In this document: piece after piece, positions 1 through 10,096 of the stretch | How the letters are laid out: the number at the start of each line of letters is the position of its first letter | Numbering within the stretch: the first letter of the stretch is position 1 | Assembly: GCA_963717935.1 (NCBI GenBank) | Contig: CAVQXP010000004.1 | Coordinates: 32,001-96,000 of the forward strand | Source of the DNA: Candidatus Eiseniibacteriota bacterium | Lineage (GTDB): Bacteria; Eisenbacteria; RBG-16-71-46 | Reading direction: 5' to 3' | Length of the DNA: 64,000 bases | Program-made: the position numbers and the translations under genes | The notes under the pieces: generated by a model | Databases searched by the model: none | What the model saw: only the letters and a program-made list of their open reading frames with translations | Told to the model about the DNA's origin: nothing

Positions 1-340
1 CGAGCACGAGCGAGCCCGGCATCACGCCGCCGCCCAGCACGCGGTCGAGCTCGCGCAGCCCCGACGGCCAGCGATGCGTGGCCGAGACCTCGACGTGAGC
101 GAGCGGCCGCGGACCCACCCCGGGCGGACCGCCCGGAGCCCCCGGCCCCGGCGCCCAGCGCGCGCGCGGGCCACGGCCCGCGGCCACGCTCCCGCCCGCC
201 GCGCCGGCCGGCGCCTCGGCCGCCGCGTTCCACGCCCCGCACGAGGGGCAGCGCCCGAACCAGCGCGCTTCCTCGTTGCCACACGCGGAGCAGAAGAAGT
301 GAGGCTTGCCCGCCTTCGCCGCCTTCGTCGCCTTCGGCAT
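1..340 (-). CDS. radA: DNA repair protein RadA/Sms, N-terminal part (runs off the window start)
   Basis: Not in the ORF track. Manual translation from ATG at 340 gives MPKATKAAKAGKPHFFCSACG...WFGRCPSCGAWN (C4 zinc finger), and near base 1 GLRELDRVLGGGVMPGSLVL. Start overlaps the mlaD stop (TGATG). Confidence 0.93.
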   Translation of the reverse strand, partial: MPKATKAAKAGKPHFFCSACGNEEARWFGRCPSCGAWNAAAEAPAGAAGGSVAAGRGPRARWAPGPGAPGGPPGVGPRPLAHVEVSATHRWPSGLRELDRVLGGGVMPGSLVL

Positions 341-1233
341 CAGAACACCGAGAACCTGAAGTACTTCCGCGGATTCGCCTTGAGGTCCGCGAGCAGCACG
401 CGCAGGTCGCGCACCGAGGCCTCGAGATCCGCGTAGAGCCGCTCGTCCTTCACGAGCTTGCCGAGCGTGCCCTCGCCACGGTCCAGCCGGGACGCCGCAC
501 CCTGCAGCGAGACACGCAGCGAATCGAGCTTCCCCGAGACCCGGTCGAGGTTCCCGGCGGCCGAGACGAAGTGATCGAGCGCCGCCTCGAGGCTCTCCTG
601 CCGGTCCACGACCAGCTCCTTCGCCGACGTCGAGGTGGCCGAGAAGTTCTCCATGGTCGCGCGCAGGGCCGTGCGGTTCTCCGCCACGGCCAGCGCCAGC
701 TCCTCGCTGGTGCGCCGGAAGTTGTCGATCGAGGTGGTCAGTCCGCCGCCCTGGTTCACCGCCACGGCCAGGCTGTCGAGCTGCCGCGCGATGGCCGCCA
801 CGCTGCCCGACGCGCGACCCACGTCCGCCATCACCTCGGGCAGCCCCTTCTCGTAGACGCCCGGGATGGTGTCGCGCGGGCTCCACGGCTCACCCGTGCC
901 GCTGTAGTCCACCGCGATCACCTTGTCGCCCAGCATGCTGACGCTGCGGATCACGACCCTGCTGTCGCGCGTCAGCATGACGTCCTTCGCCAGCGCGAGG
1001 TCCACGATCACGTGATCGCCCACCAGCCGCAGGGAGGTCACCACGCCCTTGCGCACGCCGTTCACCTGCGCCTCGTTGCCCTCGGCCAGCCCACCGCCCT
1101 GCGGGAAGCTCACGTGCCAGGTGCGCTGGACGTGCGCTTTCGCCAGCGTGCTCAGCCAGGCGATGCCCCACAGCAGGATGGCGAGCGCCATCAGCACCGT
1201 GACGCCGACCTGGATCTCCGTCTTCCGGCTCAT
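340..1233 (-). CDS. mlaD: MlaD/MCE family lipid-transport subunit
   Basis: N-terminal TM, MCE motif GGLAEGNEAQVNGVRKGVV, C-terminal GTLGKLVKD...LKANPRKY; in an operon with mlaE/mlaF. Confidence 0.9.
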   Translation of the reverse strand: MSRKTEIQVGVTVLMALAILLWGIAWLSTLAKAHVQRTWHVSFPQGGGLAEGNEAQVNGVRKGVVTSLRLVGDHVIVDLALAKDVMLTRDSRVVIRSVSMLGDKVIAVDYSGTGEPWSPRDTIPGVYEKGLPEVMADVGRASGSVAAIARQLDSLAVAVNQGGGLTTSIDNFRRTSEELALAVAENRTALRATMENFSATSTSAKELVVDRQESLEAALDHFVSAAGNLDRVSGKLDSLRVSLQGAASRLDRGEGTLGKLVKDERLYADLEASVRDLRVLLADLKANPRKYFRFSVF

Positions 1234-1273
1234 GTCCGCGCTCTCCCCCCCGCCCGTTCCGTCCCCGACCCGC

Positions 1274-2023
1274 CTACACCGGCTGGATCGGGCCCCGGCT
1301 CGAGCCCTCGATGAACTGCCGCATCATCGCATCGTCGGTGCGCCGTGTCTCCTCGGCCGTGCCGTCGTACATCACGCGCCCCTGGTAGAGCAGCACGATC
1401 CGGTCGGCCACCGTGTACGCGCTCCTGATGTCGTGCGTGACCACGACCGAGGTCACGTGGAGCTGCTTCTGCATCTCGCGGATCAACTGGTTGATGACGT
1501 CCGCGGTGATCGGGTCGAGCCCGGTCGTGGGCTCGTCGTAGAGGATGCACTCCGGGTCCATCGCCAGCGCCCGGGCCAGCCCCGCGCGCTTGCGCATGCC
1601 ACCCGAGAGCGAGGCCGGCTTCAGCCCCGCCGCATCCGCGAGCCCCACCCAGTCGAGCCGCTCGAGCACGCGCCGGCGCACCTCGGCCTCGTCCAGGTCG
1701 CGCGCGTGCTCCTGCATCGCCAGCGCCACGTTCTCGCCCACCGTCATCGAGTCGAGCAGGGCAGAGCCCTGGAACAGCATCCCGAAGCGGCGGCGCACCG
1801 GGTTCAGCTGCTCCTCGCTCAGGCCCACGATCTCCTCGCCTCCGATGCGGATCGAGCCCGCGTCGGGCTTCATCAGGCCGATGATGTGCTTCAGGAGCAC
1901 GCTCTTGCCCGTGCCGCTCGGCCCCAGGACCACCAGCGTCTCGCCCGCGCGCACGTCCAGGTCGAGGCCCTCGAGGACCTGCTTGCGGCCGAGCCGCTTC
2001 GCCAGCCCGCGGATCTCGATCAT
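1274..2023 (-). CDS. mlaF: MlaF-type ABC transporter ATP-binding protein
   Basis: Start MIEIRGL at 2023; Walker A GPSGTGKS, signature LSGGMRKR, YDEPTTGLDP. Confidence 0.93.
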   Translation of the reverse strand: MIEIRGLAKRLGRKQVLEGLDLDVRAGETLVVLGPSGTGKSVLLKHIIGLMKPDAGSIRIGGEEIVGLSEEQLNPVRRRFGMLFQGSALLDSMTVGENVALAMQEHARDLDEAEVRRRVLERLDWVGLADAAGLKPASLSGGMRKRAGLARALAMDPECILYDEPTTGLDPITADVINQLIREMQKQLHVTSVVVTHDIRSAYTVADRIVLLYQGRVMYDGTAEETRRTDDAMMRQFIEGSSRGPIQPV

Positions 2024-2835
2024 GCGAAGACCATCCGGAACAGCACCGTGGCCAGGATGTAGTCGAGGACCAGGATCAGCACGCACGAGCTCACCACCGC
2101 CATGGTCGTGGCCCGGCCCACGCCCTCGGCGCCGCCCTCGGTCTGGAAGCCGTGGTAGCAGCCCATCATGCCGATGATGTTGCCGAAGAACACCGCCTTC
2201 ACCAGCCCGGAGAGCAGGTCCTTCATCCGGAAGAACTCGCGCAGGCCCTGCAGGTAGACCGCCGAGGGCACCTCCAGGGACGTTATCGCCACCACGTAGC
2301 CGCCGAAGATGGCGATCGCGTCGGCGTAGACCGTGAGCACCGGCAGCATGAGGATCGCCGCCAGCACGCGCGGCGCCACCAGGTAGCGCATCGGGTTGAT
2401 GCCCATCGCGCGCAGCGCGTCGATCTGCTCGGTCACCTTCATGGTGCCCAGCTCGGCCGCGATCGAGGCGCCGACGCGCCCGCCGATCACGAGCGCCGTG
2501 AGCACCGGGCCCAGCTCGATCACCACCGAGCGCAGGATGACGCCGCTCAGATACTTGAGCGGCACCACCGAGGTGAACTGGTAGGCCGCCTGCACCGCCG
2601 CCACCGCGCCCGTGAACAGGCTCACGACGATGACCAGCCCGAGCGAGTCCACGCCGATGGCGTTCATCTGCTGCACGACCAGCCGGGCCGCCGGCAGCCG
2701 CCGCAGGCTGGCCCGCGTGGCCTCCAGCATCATGGCCGTGGCGCGGCCGACCTCGGCGAGCCAGTCCCCCAGCCGCACGCGCGCGTAGCGGACGCCCTTG
2801 AGCGCGATGTCGTCGGGGGTCACGCCGTTCGCCAT
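2020..2835 (-). CDS. mlaE: MlaE-type ABC transporter permease
   Basis: ELGPVLTAL..GRVGASIAAELGTMKVTEQIDAL and GGAEGVGRATT motifs. Confidence 0.95.
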   Translation of the reverse strand: MANGVTPDDIALKGVRYARVRLGDWLAEVGRATAMMLEATRASLRRLPAARLVVQQMNAIGVDSLGLVIVVSLFTGAVAAVQAAYQFTSVVPLKYLSGVILRSVVIELGPVLTALVIGGRVGASIAAELGTMKVTEQIDALRAMGINPMRYLVAPRVLAAILMLPVLTVYADAIAIFGGYVVAITSLEVPSAVYLQGLREFFRMKDLLSGLVKAVFFGNIIGMMGCYHGFQTEGGAEGVGRATTMAVVSSCVLILVLDYILATVLFRMVFA

Positions 2836-2838
2836 GTC

Positions 2839-5505
2839 CTAGAACTCCGGCTGGGTCTCGCCCTCGAACGTCGGGGAATACGGAACGAACTTGGTGCTCT
2901 CGCGCAGGAACGTGAGCTTCACCTTGCCGGTCGGGCCGTTACGCTGCTTGGCGATGAGGAGCTCCGCCTTGTTCGGCTCCGCGTCCTCGTTGTAGAGGAT
3001 CTCGCGGTAGACGAAGAGCACGAGGTCCGCGTCCTGCTCGATGCTGTTGTGGGCGACGATCCCGTCGGCGATGAAGTTGTGCGTGCCCGGTACCGTCGCG
3101 TCGAACACCGGCTGCTCGCCAAGAGGCGAGATGGAGACGATGGTGTCCCAGAACACGTCCGAACGGGAAAGTCGTTCCAGATCGGGGGCCTCCAGCAGAG
3201 CGGCGACGGTGCCAAGCCGCCCGCGGCTCGGGGCGTGCTTGTAGAGCGTGCTCCCGCAGTAGGCGGTGCCCAGACCCGCCGCCAGGGCGCGCGCCGTGAC
3301 CCCCTGCCCGGTCATGCGGCTCTTCACGCTGTTGCACACCTCGACCGGGACCGTGTCGACGTTCGTGTTGGACGTGAGGCCACGCACATGGGCCGCGACA
3401 CGTACGGCCTGCGTGCCCCGCGCGCCATGGACACCGATGTCCTCCACGAAGCGCAACTGGTTCTCGGCGCCGTAGATGTGAACCTGCCAGCAGGGCCGGT
3501 AGTCCGCCTTGCGCGTGGACTTGATCCGACCGGCGATGCCGAAGCGGAGCAGCAGGGCCTGCAGATCCTCGACCAGGCGCCGGCTCGTCGAGGCGTAGTA
3601 GACGTGCGCCTGGCGACCCGTGCCCAGATGCACGCAGCCATCGGTCGCCCACAGGTGACGCAGGAAGAGAGCGGCCTGTTCGCGCGGCAGTGCGAACACC
3701 TCGCGTGGGATGAACTTCTCGTGGCTCCGAAGGCCGGCAAGTCCGAAGCGACCAAGCCACTGCTGCAGGGGATTATGCCTGCCGTGGGTCAGCCGGTAGG
3801 GCGACGGCAGGTAGACGTGCGTCCAACTCCCCTGAGCCACTCTCCGTGGCGTGATGCCGAAGTGGGCCGCCGCCTGCTCGACCGCCGCAAGGTTCGCCGG
3901 GTCGGTACTCGTGTAATGCACAGGCTGGCGTGAAGCGAAGCAGCCATCTCCCAGCAGGTGCGCGAGCATGACCACTTCGGCCTCGTGCCAGGGCGCGACC
4001 TGCGCCGGCTCCGGCAGTTGCCTCGGCACGGCGAGGCGCGTGCCGGCGGCGAGGCTCTCAAGCGACCGCCAGCCGTCGAGCGTGAGGAACGGATGATTAC
4101 CGCTCGCCTTGACCCTGCGGCCCGAGGCCAGCCGCAACTCGAACACGGGCTTCACGCCGCTGGGGAAGACATGCGTCATCCGGCCCCGGACGATGCGCAG
4201 GTCGTCGTCCAGTGTCCAGACCGGGATGTCACGCGCGCCTTGCTCCAGCAACTCTCCCAACGAGACCAGCGCACCGGTGTCCGCGCGCTGGATCCGCGTA
4301 TCGGCCGTGAGGCAACCTGATTCTCTCAGGTCCGAGAGCTGCGGCCGGCCCGTCTTGTCGCGGGTCTCGACGGCGCGCGAGAGCTGCGAGAGCGCCAGGA
4401 TGGGGATGTTGAGCTCCTTCGCCAGGCTCTTCAGGCCGCGGGTGATCTCGGAGATCTCCTGCACGCGGTTCTCGGCCCGGGTGCTCGAGCGGATGAGCTG
4501 CAGGTAGTCGATGATCAGCAGCCCGAGCCGGTTCTCCGAGCGCAGGCGGCGGCACTTCGCGCGGATCTCCATCAGGGTCGGGGACGGCGAGTCGTCGATC
4601 AGGATGGGCGCGTCGTTGAGCAGGCCGGCGGCGGTCGTGAGCCGGGGCCAGTCCTCGTTCGTGAGCCGCCCGCTGCGCACGCGGTGCAGGTTGATGCCGC
4701 CCTGCGAGCAGAGCAGGCGCTGCGCGAGCTGCTCCTTGCTCATCTCGAGCGAGAAGACCGCGACCGGCACGCGCTCGTGCTTGCCGGTCGGGATGGCTGC
4801 GTTCTCGGCGAAGTTGAGCGCCAGCGCGCTCTTCCCCGCGCCCGGCCGCCCCGCGACGATCACCAGGTCGCTGTTCTGGAAACCGGCGGTCAGCTCGTCG
4901 AGGTCGCTGAAGCCGGTGGGCACGCCGGTCACCAGCGCCTGGCGCTCGAACATCCGCTGGATGTGCTCGAACGAGGGCTTGAGCAGGTCGCGCACCAGCA
5001 CGAACCCGGCGCGCACGCGCTGGTCGGTGATGGCGAAGATCTTCTGCTCGGCGCGGTCGAGGATGGCGGGCGTCTCGTCGCCGCCGGCGTAGGCCTCCTG
5101 CTGGATCTCGGTCGAGGCCCGGATGAGCTGCCGCAGGATCGATTTCGAGTGGACGATGCGGATGTGGTGGTCGAGGTTCGCGGTGGTGCTCGCGTACTCG
5201 AGGATCTGCGAGAGCGCGGGCGGCCCACCCACGGCCTCGAGCTCGCCGCGCTTGCGCAGCTCCTCGGAGAGCGTGACCAGGTCGGGCTTCTCGTTGCGCT
5301 CGTAGAGCGCGACGATGGCCTCGTAGATCTTCTGGTGCGACGTGCGGTAGAAGACCTTCGGCTCGATCGACTCGACGGCGCGGCCGATGGCCTCGGCGTC
5401 GAGCAGCAGCGCCGCCAGCACGGAACGCTCGGCGTCGAGCGCCTGCGGCGGGGTCAGGGCTTCGCTGAACGACACGGGGCCCGGCTTCGCGTCACTCATG
5501 GGCAC
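2839..5505 (-). CDS. dnaB: Replicative DNA helicase DnaB containing an intein
   Basis: GRPGAGKS Walker A, IIDYLQL, LSQLSRAVE; the conserved SDLRESG-SIEQDAD motif is split by a 423-aa insertion. Confidence 0.97.
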   Translation of the reverse strand: MPMSDAKPGPVSFSEALTPPQALDAERSVLAALLLDAEAIGRAVESIEPKVFYRTSHQKIYEAIVALYERNEKPDLVTLSEELRKRGELEAVGGPPALSQILEYASTTANLDHHIRIVHSKSILRQLIRASTEIQQEAYAGGDETPAILDRAEQKIFAITDQRVRAGFVLVRDLLKPSFEHIQRMFERQALVTGVPTGFSDLDELTAGFQNSDLVIVAGRPGAGKSALALNFAENAAIPTGKHERVPVAVFSLEMSKEQLAQRLLCSQGGINLHRVRSGRLTNEDWPRLTTAAGLLNDAPILIDDSPSPTLMEIRAKCRRLRSENRLGLLIIDYLQLIRSSTRAENRVQEISEITRGLKSLAKELNIPILALSQLSRAVETRDKTGRPQLSDLRESGCLTADTRIQRADTGALVSLGELLEQGARDIPVWTLDDDLRIVRGRMTHVFPSGVKPVFELRLASGRRVKASGNHPFLTLDGWRSLESLAAGTRLAVPRQLPEPAQVAPWHEAEVVMLAHLLGDGCFASRQPVHYTSTDPANLAAVEQAAAHFGITPRRVAQGSWTHVYLPSPYRLTHGRHNPLQQWLGRFGLAGLRSHEKFIPREVFALPREQAALFLRHLWATDGCVHLGTGRQAHVYYASTSRRLVEDLQALLLRFGIAGRIKSTRKADYRPCWQVHIYGAENQLRFVEDIGVHGARGTQAVRVAAHVRGLTSNTNVDTVPVEVCNSVKSRMTGQGVTARALAAGLGTAYCGSTLYKHAPSRGRLGTVAALLEAPDLERLSRSDVFWDTIVSISPLGEQPVFDATVPGTHNFIADGIVAHNSIEQDADLVLFVYREILYNEDAEPNKAELLIAKQRNGPTGKVKLTFLRESTKFVPYSPTFEGETQPEF
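3046..4314 (-). mobile_element. Intein with LAGLIDADG-type homing endonuclease in dnaB (423 aa)
   Basis: Begins CLTADTRI after RESG; block B HPFLT; endonuclease-like blocks LAHLLGDG and FLRHLWATDG; ends FDATVPGTHNFIADGIVAHN followed by extein Ser. Confidence 0.95.
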
Positions 5506-5551
5506 TCCTCAGCGGGCGCGGGCCTGCGGCTCGCGCCTCCGGGCGGGGGCG

Positions 5552-6411
5552 TCAATCCGTCTGGTACTCGCGCGCCAGCAACTGCATGTCCTCCCACACC
5601 GGGCGCTTGAGCTCCGGGTTCCGCAGCACCGCCGCGGGATGGTAGGTCACGATCAGCTTGGCGCCGCGAAAGCGGTGGACCTGGTTGCGCATGCTCGCCG
5701 AGCGTCGCCTTGACGCCGAGCAGGTGCTCGCCCGCGGTCTTGCCCAGGCAGCAGACGATGCGCGGCTGGAGCGCGTCGAGCTGCCGGTGCAGGAAGGGCG
5801 ACGACTGCTCGACCTCGTGCGGGAGCGGCACGCGGTTCTCGGGCGGGCGGCAGTGGAGCACGTTGCCGATGAAGACGGTCCGGCGGTCGAGCGGCACGCC
5901 CGGGATGAGGTGCGCGTCGTCCATCGCCTTGATGATCCTGTCGAGCAGTTGCCCGCCGCGGCCCACGAAGGGCTCGCCCAGGCGGTCTTCATCCGCGCCC
6001 GGCGCCTCACCCACGAACGCGATGCCGGAGAGCGCCGTCCCCACGCCGGGCACGGCCTGGTTGCGCGTCTCGCACAGCCCGCAGCGCCGGCAGGCGCGCA
6101 CCTCGGCGGCGATCTGCTCGAGCACCGGCGCCGCACCGGCCGCGATGGCCCGCCGCGCGGCGGGATCGAGCGGGGGCAGCGCGGCCCGCGGCGCCGCTTC
6201 GGGCTCCGGCGCGGGCGCGACCACCGGCTGCGGCCGCGCGACCCGGTTGCCGAAGAGGTCGGTCTCGGGCGCGGCCGGCGCCGGCTTCGCGGTCCGACGA
6301 CGACTTCACCCGCACGACCAGCTCGGCATTGCCCGCGGCGCGCTCGCGCTCGAGATGGCGCCGCACGCTCCGGGTGAGGGCCGCGGCCTCTTCCCTGGGC
6401 TCGTCGCTCAT
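5552..6411 (-). CDS. Family-4 uracil-DNA glycosylase, frameshifted (~6250 and ~5700)
   Basis: CRRCGLC, FVGEAPGADED..GEPFVGRGG and CRPPENR in one frame; TYHPAAVLRNP in another; N-terminus MSDEPREE coupled to the coaBC stop. Confidence 0.85.
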
Positions 6412-7679
6412 CGCGCCTTCCCGCCCCGCTTCGGCTTCGCCGCCGCCTTCCGCCGCGCCGCGCGCAACTCGACCACGCGGTCGAGGATCGCTTCGGCCAC
6501 CTCGCGCTTGCTCTGCTCGGGCAACCTGCGAGCCGCGCGCGCCTCGACCAGCGTCACCACGCTGGTCTCGCCCCCGATGCCCTTCGCCGGCGCGTTGAGC
6601 GCGACCAGGTCGAGCCCCTTCGCCGCGAGCTTGGCACGCGCCCGCTCGAGCCCGCGCGAGGTCTCGAGCGCGAAGCCCACGAACACCTGTCCCGGCCGGC
6701 GAGCCGCGGCGAGCCCCGCGAGGATGTCGGGGTTCGGCTCGAGCACCAGCGTCAGCGGCGCCTGGCCGCGCTTGAGCTTGGCACTCGCCGTGCGTTGTGG
6801 CCGGTAGTCCGCCACCGCCGCGGCCATCAGCACCACGTCGGCGTGCCCCGCCGCGCGCTTCATCGCACCCGCCATCTCCGCCGCGGTCGTCACGGTCGCC
6901 AGCGCCACGCCCAGCGGCGGCTCGACGCTCGCCGGCCCCGCCACCAGCGTCACCTCGGCCCCCCGGTCGCGCGCGGCCTCGGCCAGCGCGAAGCCCATGC
7001 GCCCGCTCGAGCGGTTGGTCAGCACGCGCACCGGGTCGAGCGGCTCCTCGGTGCGTCCCGCCCCGACCAGCACGCGCGTGCCCGCCAGGCTCGCGCGCCG
7101 CACAGCCGCCTGCTCGACCGCCGCGCCGATCTCCTCGACGTCGGCCAGCCGGCCCGGGCCCACGAGCCCCGAGGCCAGCTCGCCGCTCGCCGGGCCCACG
7201 ATGACCGCGCCGCGGCGGCGCAGCACGCGCACGTTCTCCTGCGTCGCCGGGTGGCGCCACATGCCGAAGTCCATGGACGGGCAGACCACCAGCCGCGCGC
7301 GGCTCGCCAGCACGATGGTGGTGAGCGCGTCGGGCGCCTCGCCGTGCACCAGCCGCGCGATCAGGTGCGCGGTGGCCGGCGCCAGCACCATCACGTCGGC
7401 GGCCTCGGCCAGGTCGATGTGCCCCACCTTGCCGGTCGTCTTGCGGCGCGCCGCCTCCGGCAGCACCAGCTCGTGCTTCTGCTCGTCCCAGAGCGTGGTG
7501 ATGACCGGGTTGCCCGAGAGCGCCTCGAAGGTGAGCGGCGTGACGAAGCGCTCGGCCGCCGGCGTCATCACGACGACCACCGCGGCCTCGCGGCGTCTCA
7601 GCCAGCGCACCAGCTCGCAGGTCTTGTAGGCGGCGATGCCGCCCGAGACCCCGACCAGGACGGTGCGGCCGCGCAGCAC
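6408..7679 (-). CDS. coaBC: Bifunctional phosphopantothenoylcysteine decarboxylase/ligase
   Basis: GVSGGIAAYK, APATA, EPLDPVRVLTNRSSGRMG, AAAVADY, VGFALET. Confidence 0.96.
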   Translation of the reverse strand: MLRGRTVLVGVSGGIAAYKTCELVRWLRRREAAVVVVMTPAAERFVTPLTFEALSGNPVITTLWDEQKHELVLPEAARRKTTGKVGHIDLAEAADVMVLAPATAHLIARLVHGEAPDALTTIVLASRARLVVCPSMDFGMWRHPATQENVRVLRRRGAVIVGPASGELASGLVGPGRLADVEEIGAAVEQAAVRRASLAGTRVLVGAGRTEEPLDPVRVLTNRSSGRMGFALAEAARDRGAEVTLVAGPASVEPPLGVALATVTTAAEMAGAMKRAAGHADVVLMAAAVADYRPQRTASAKLKRGQAPLTLVLEPNPDILAGLAAARRPGQVFVGFALETSRGLERARAKLAAKGLDLVALNAPAKGIGGETSVVTLVEARAARRLPEQSKREVAEAILDRVVELRAARRKAAAKPKRGGKAR

Positions 7680-7686
7680 GGCGGGC

Positions 7687-7896
7687 CTACGCCTCGGGCA
7701 GCGGAGCGTCCTCGTAGAGGAACGGGACCTCCTGACGGATGGTGCGCTCGAGCGCGGTGGCCGTGACCTTGCCGACGATGTTCTCGCCGGTGCGATGCGA
7801 CCAGTCGTTCAGCCGGCGCGCCTCGCGCGAGGCGATGATGCAGAGCTCGTACTTGTTCGAGCCCCGGGGCGGGATGAGCGATGCGAGTTTCGTCAT
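7687..7896 (-). CDS. rpoZ: RNA polymerase omega subunit
   Basis: NKYELCIIASREARRL...KVTATAL; canonical gmk-rpoZ-coaBC synteny. Confidence 0.85.
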   Translation of the reverse strand: MTKLASLIPPRGSNKYELCIIASREARRLNDWSHRTGENIVGKVTATALERTIRQEVPFLYEDAPLPEA

Positions 7897-7930
7897 GAGG
7901 GGCGTTTCTCCTCGTTCGGGGTCGTGAGTC

Positions 7931-8602
7931 TCAGGAGGACGGCCGCAGGCGCCGCACGCGGGCGCGCTCGGCGTCCACGATCGCGGTCAGGCGGGCGACC
8001 GCCTGCTCCAGGTCGTCGTTCAGCACCAGGTAGTCGTATTCGCGCCACTCGGCCAGCTCGCCGGGGGCGTTCTTGAGCCGCGTCTCGACCACGTCGGGCG
8101 CGTCGGTGTCGCGCTTGAGCAGCCGCTGCCTGAGCGCGTCGATCGAGGGCGGGTAGACGAACACCGAGACCGCGTCCTTGCGGGCGCGGCGCACGCTGGC
8201 GCCGCCCTGCACGTCCACGTCGAGCACCACCACGCGGCCCGCGCGGACCCGCTCGTCCACGAACTTCGCGGGTGTGGCGTAGAGCTGGTTGTGGACCTCG
8301 GCCCACTCGAGGAAGAGCCCCGCCGAGCGGCGGCGCTCGAACTCGTCCTTCGCGACGAACTCGTACTGCACGCCTTCCACCTCGGTCGAGCGCCGCGGGC
8401 GCGTGGTGGCCGAGATCGAGAAGACGCACTCCGGCCGCGCGGCCACCAGCCGGTCCACCAGCGTGCCCTTCCCGGCGCCGCTCGGGCCCGAGAGCACCAG
8501 CAGCAGGCCGCCCGGCTCGAAGCGGAACGGGATGGCGTCCGCCGGCCACGCCGGGTCGGGGCGCGCGCCTGTGATGTCGGGACTCGGTGCCGGCACGGTC
8601 AC
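7931..8602 (-). CDS. gmk: Guanylate kinase
   Basis: SGPSGAGKGT, SATTRPRR, FLEWAEVH, LDVDVQG; GTG start overlaps the yicC stop. Confidence 0.95.
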   Translation of the reverse strand: MTVPAPSPDITGARPDPAWPADAIPFRFEPGGLLLVLSGPSGAGKGTLVDRLVAARPECVFSISATTRPRRSTEVEGVQYEFVAKDEFERRRSAGLFLEWAEVHNQLYATPAKFVDERVRAGRVVVLDVDVQGGASVRRARKDAVSVFVYPPSIDALRQRLLKRDTDAPDVVETRLKNAPGELAEWREYDYLVLNDDLEQAVARLTAIVDAERARVRRLRPSS

Positions 8603-9477
8603 TCCACGTTCTGCACCTGCTCGCGCAGGCGCTCGATCTCTTCCTTGATCACGATCACCGCGCGCGCCACCTCGACGTCGTTGGCCTTGGAGCCGATGGT
8701 GTTGGCCTCGCGGTTCATCTCCTGCAGCAGGAAGTTGAGCTTGCGGCCCGCCTGCTCGGGGCCCTCGATCAGCGAGTGGAACTGGTCCAGGTGCGCCGAC
8801 AGCCGCACGCACTCCTCGGTGAAGTCGAGGCGGTCGGCCATCATCGCGACCTCCTGTGCCACCCGCACCGGGTCCATCTCGATGTCCGCGAGCAGCACCT
8901 TCAGGCGCGCCATCAGGCGCTCCTTGGCCTCGAGCGGGCGCTGCGGCCCGCGCTCGGCCACCTTGTCGAGCTGCTCGCGCACCAGCTTCAGCCGCTGCTC
9001 CGCGTCCTTCGCCAGCGCCCGGCCCTCACGGGCCTTCATCACGTCCATGCTGTCGCAGGCGCGGGTCACCAGGTCCTTCACCATGCCCCACGTCTCCTCG
9101 TCGGAGAGCGCCGTGTGCTCCCAGGCGAAGACGTCGGGCAGCGTCGCGAGCGTGCGCAGGTCGAGCCCGCTGTCCAGCTGATAGCGCACCCGCAGCTTCT
9201 CGAGCAGCGCCACGTAGCGGTCGGCCACCAGATCGTTGACCTTGAGCTCCTCGCCCGTCTCGCCCGCGCCCGACCAGGTGATGGTCAGGTTGAACTTGCC
9301 GCGCGAGAAACGGTCGGCGATCAGCTGGCGGATGCGGTCCTCGAACAGGCTCACGACCTTGGGCGAGCGCAGCGAGACTTCGCAGAAGCGGTGGTTCACC
9401 GACCGGATCTCGGCCGTCAGGCTGAGGCCGTCGCGGTCCAGCTCGGCCGAGCCATACCCGGTCATGCTTCGAATCAT
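8599..9477 (-). CDS. yicC: YicC/YloC family endoribonuclease
   Basis: MIRSMTGYG...RSVNHRF...GRKLNFLLQEMNREANTIGSK...REQVQNVE; CAGGAGG RBS. Confidence 0.95.
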   Translation of the reverse strand: MIRSMTGYGSAELDRDGLSLTAEIRSVNHRFCEVSLRSPKVVSLFEDRIRQLIADRFSRGKFNLTITWSGAGETGEELKVNDLVADRYVALLEKLRVRYQLDSGLDLRTLATLPDVFAWEHTALSDEETWGMVKDLVTRACDSMDVMKAREGRALAKDAEQRLKLVREQLDKVAERGPQRPLEAKERLMARLKVLLADIEMDPVRVAQEVAMMADRLDFTEECVRLSAHLDQFHSLIEGPEQAGRKLNFLLQEMNREANTIGSKANDVEVARAVIVIKEEIERLREQVQNVE

Positions 9478-9736
9478 GGGGACCTCCTGCGGGGAGGGGC
9501 CAAAGTAGGCTACCGGGGCCCGAAAAGTCAAAGCAGCGGCGCGATTTGCGCCGTATTCCGCGGGGCCCGGCCAGGCGGCGGTTGCCCACCGGGTTTCCAC
9601 CGGGGCGTGGGGAAAGCGGCGGAGGTCGTTCGGGCGCTTGGGCTCGGGGCCGGGTGAGGGCGTCCGCGCCCCGGGCGAGGCCGGTCAGCCGGCCGGCTTC
9701 GCGCTCCGGCGCGCCGGGCGGGGGCGACGGCCGAAC

Positions 9737-10093
9737 TCAGGCCGCGGTCCGCTTCTTCTTCGACTTCGTCTGCGCCACTTTGGACTTGTCGTCCACGAGC
9801 CGGATTTCGACCCTCTTCCCCAGGACCTCGGCGATCCGGCGCAGCATCGCCAGGGAGTGGCCCTCGTAGTCGGCATCCTCGAGTCGCGAGATGACGGAGG
9901 CCGTCGTGCCCACGCGCCTGGCCAAGGCCGCCTGCGTCAGGCCGGCGGCCTTGCGATGCTCGTAGAGCATCATTGCGAGTTCCGCCCTGGCCAGAGCCGC
10001 CTCGTAACCCGCCCGGCGCTCCGGGTCCGTGCCGATGAAGCGTCTGTAGGTGTAGTCGAAAGCGTCCATCTCGAAGCGATGTCTCCTCGGCAT
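9737..10093 (-). CDS. XRE-family HTH antitoxin (HigA-like)
   Basis: GLTQAALARRVGTTASVISRLEDADYEGHSLAMLRRIA; directly downstream of a RelE-like toxin. Confidence 0.85.
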   Translation of the reverse strand: MPRRHRFEMDAFDYTYRRFIGTDPERRAGYEAALARAELAMMLYEHRKAAGLTQAALARRVGTTASVISRLEDADYEGHSLAMLRRIAEVLGKRVEIRLVDDKSKVAQTKSKKKRTAA

Positions 10094-10096
10094 GGA

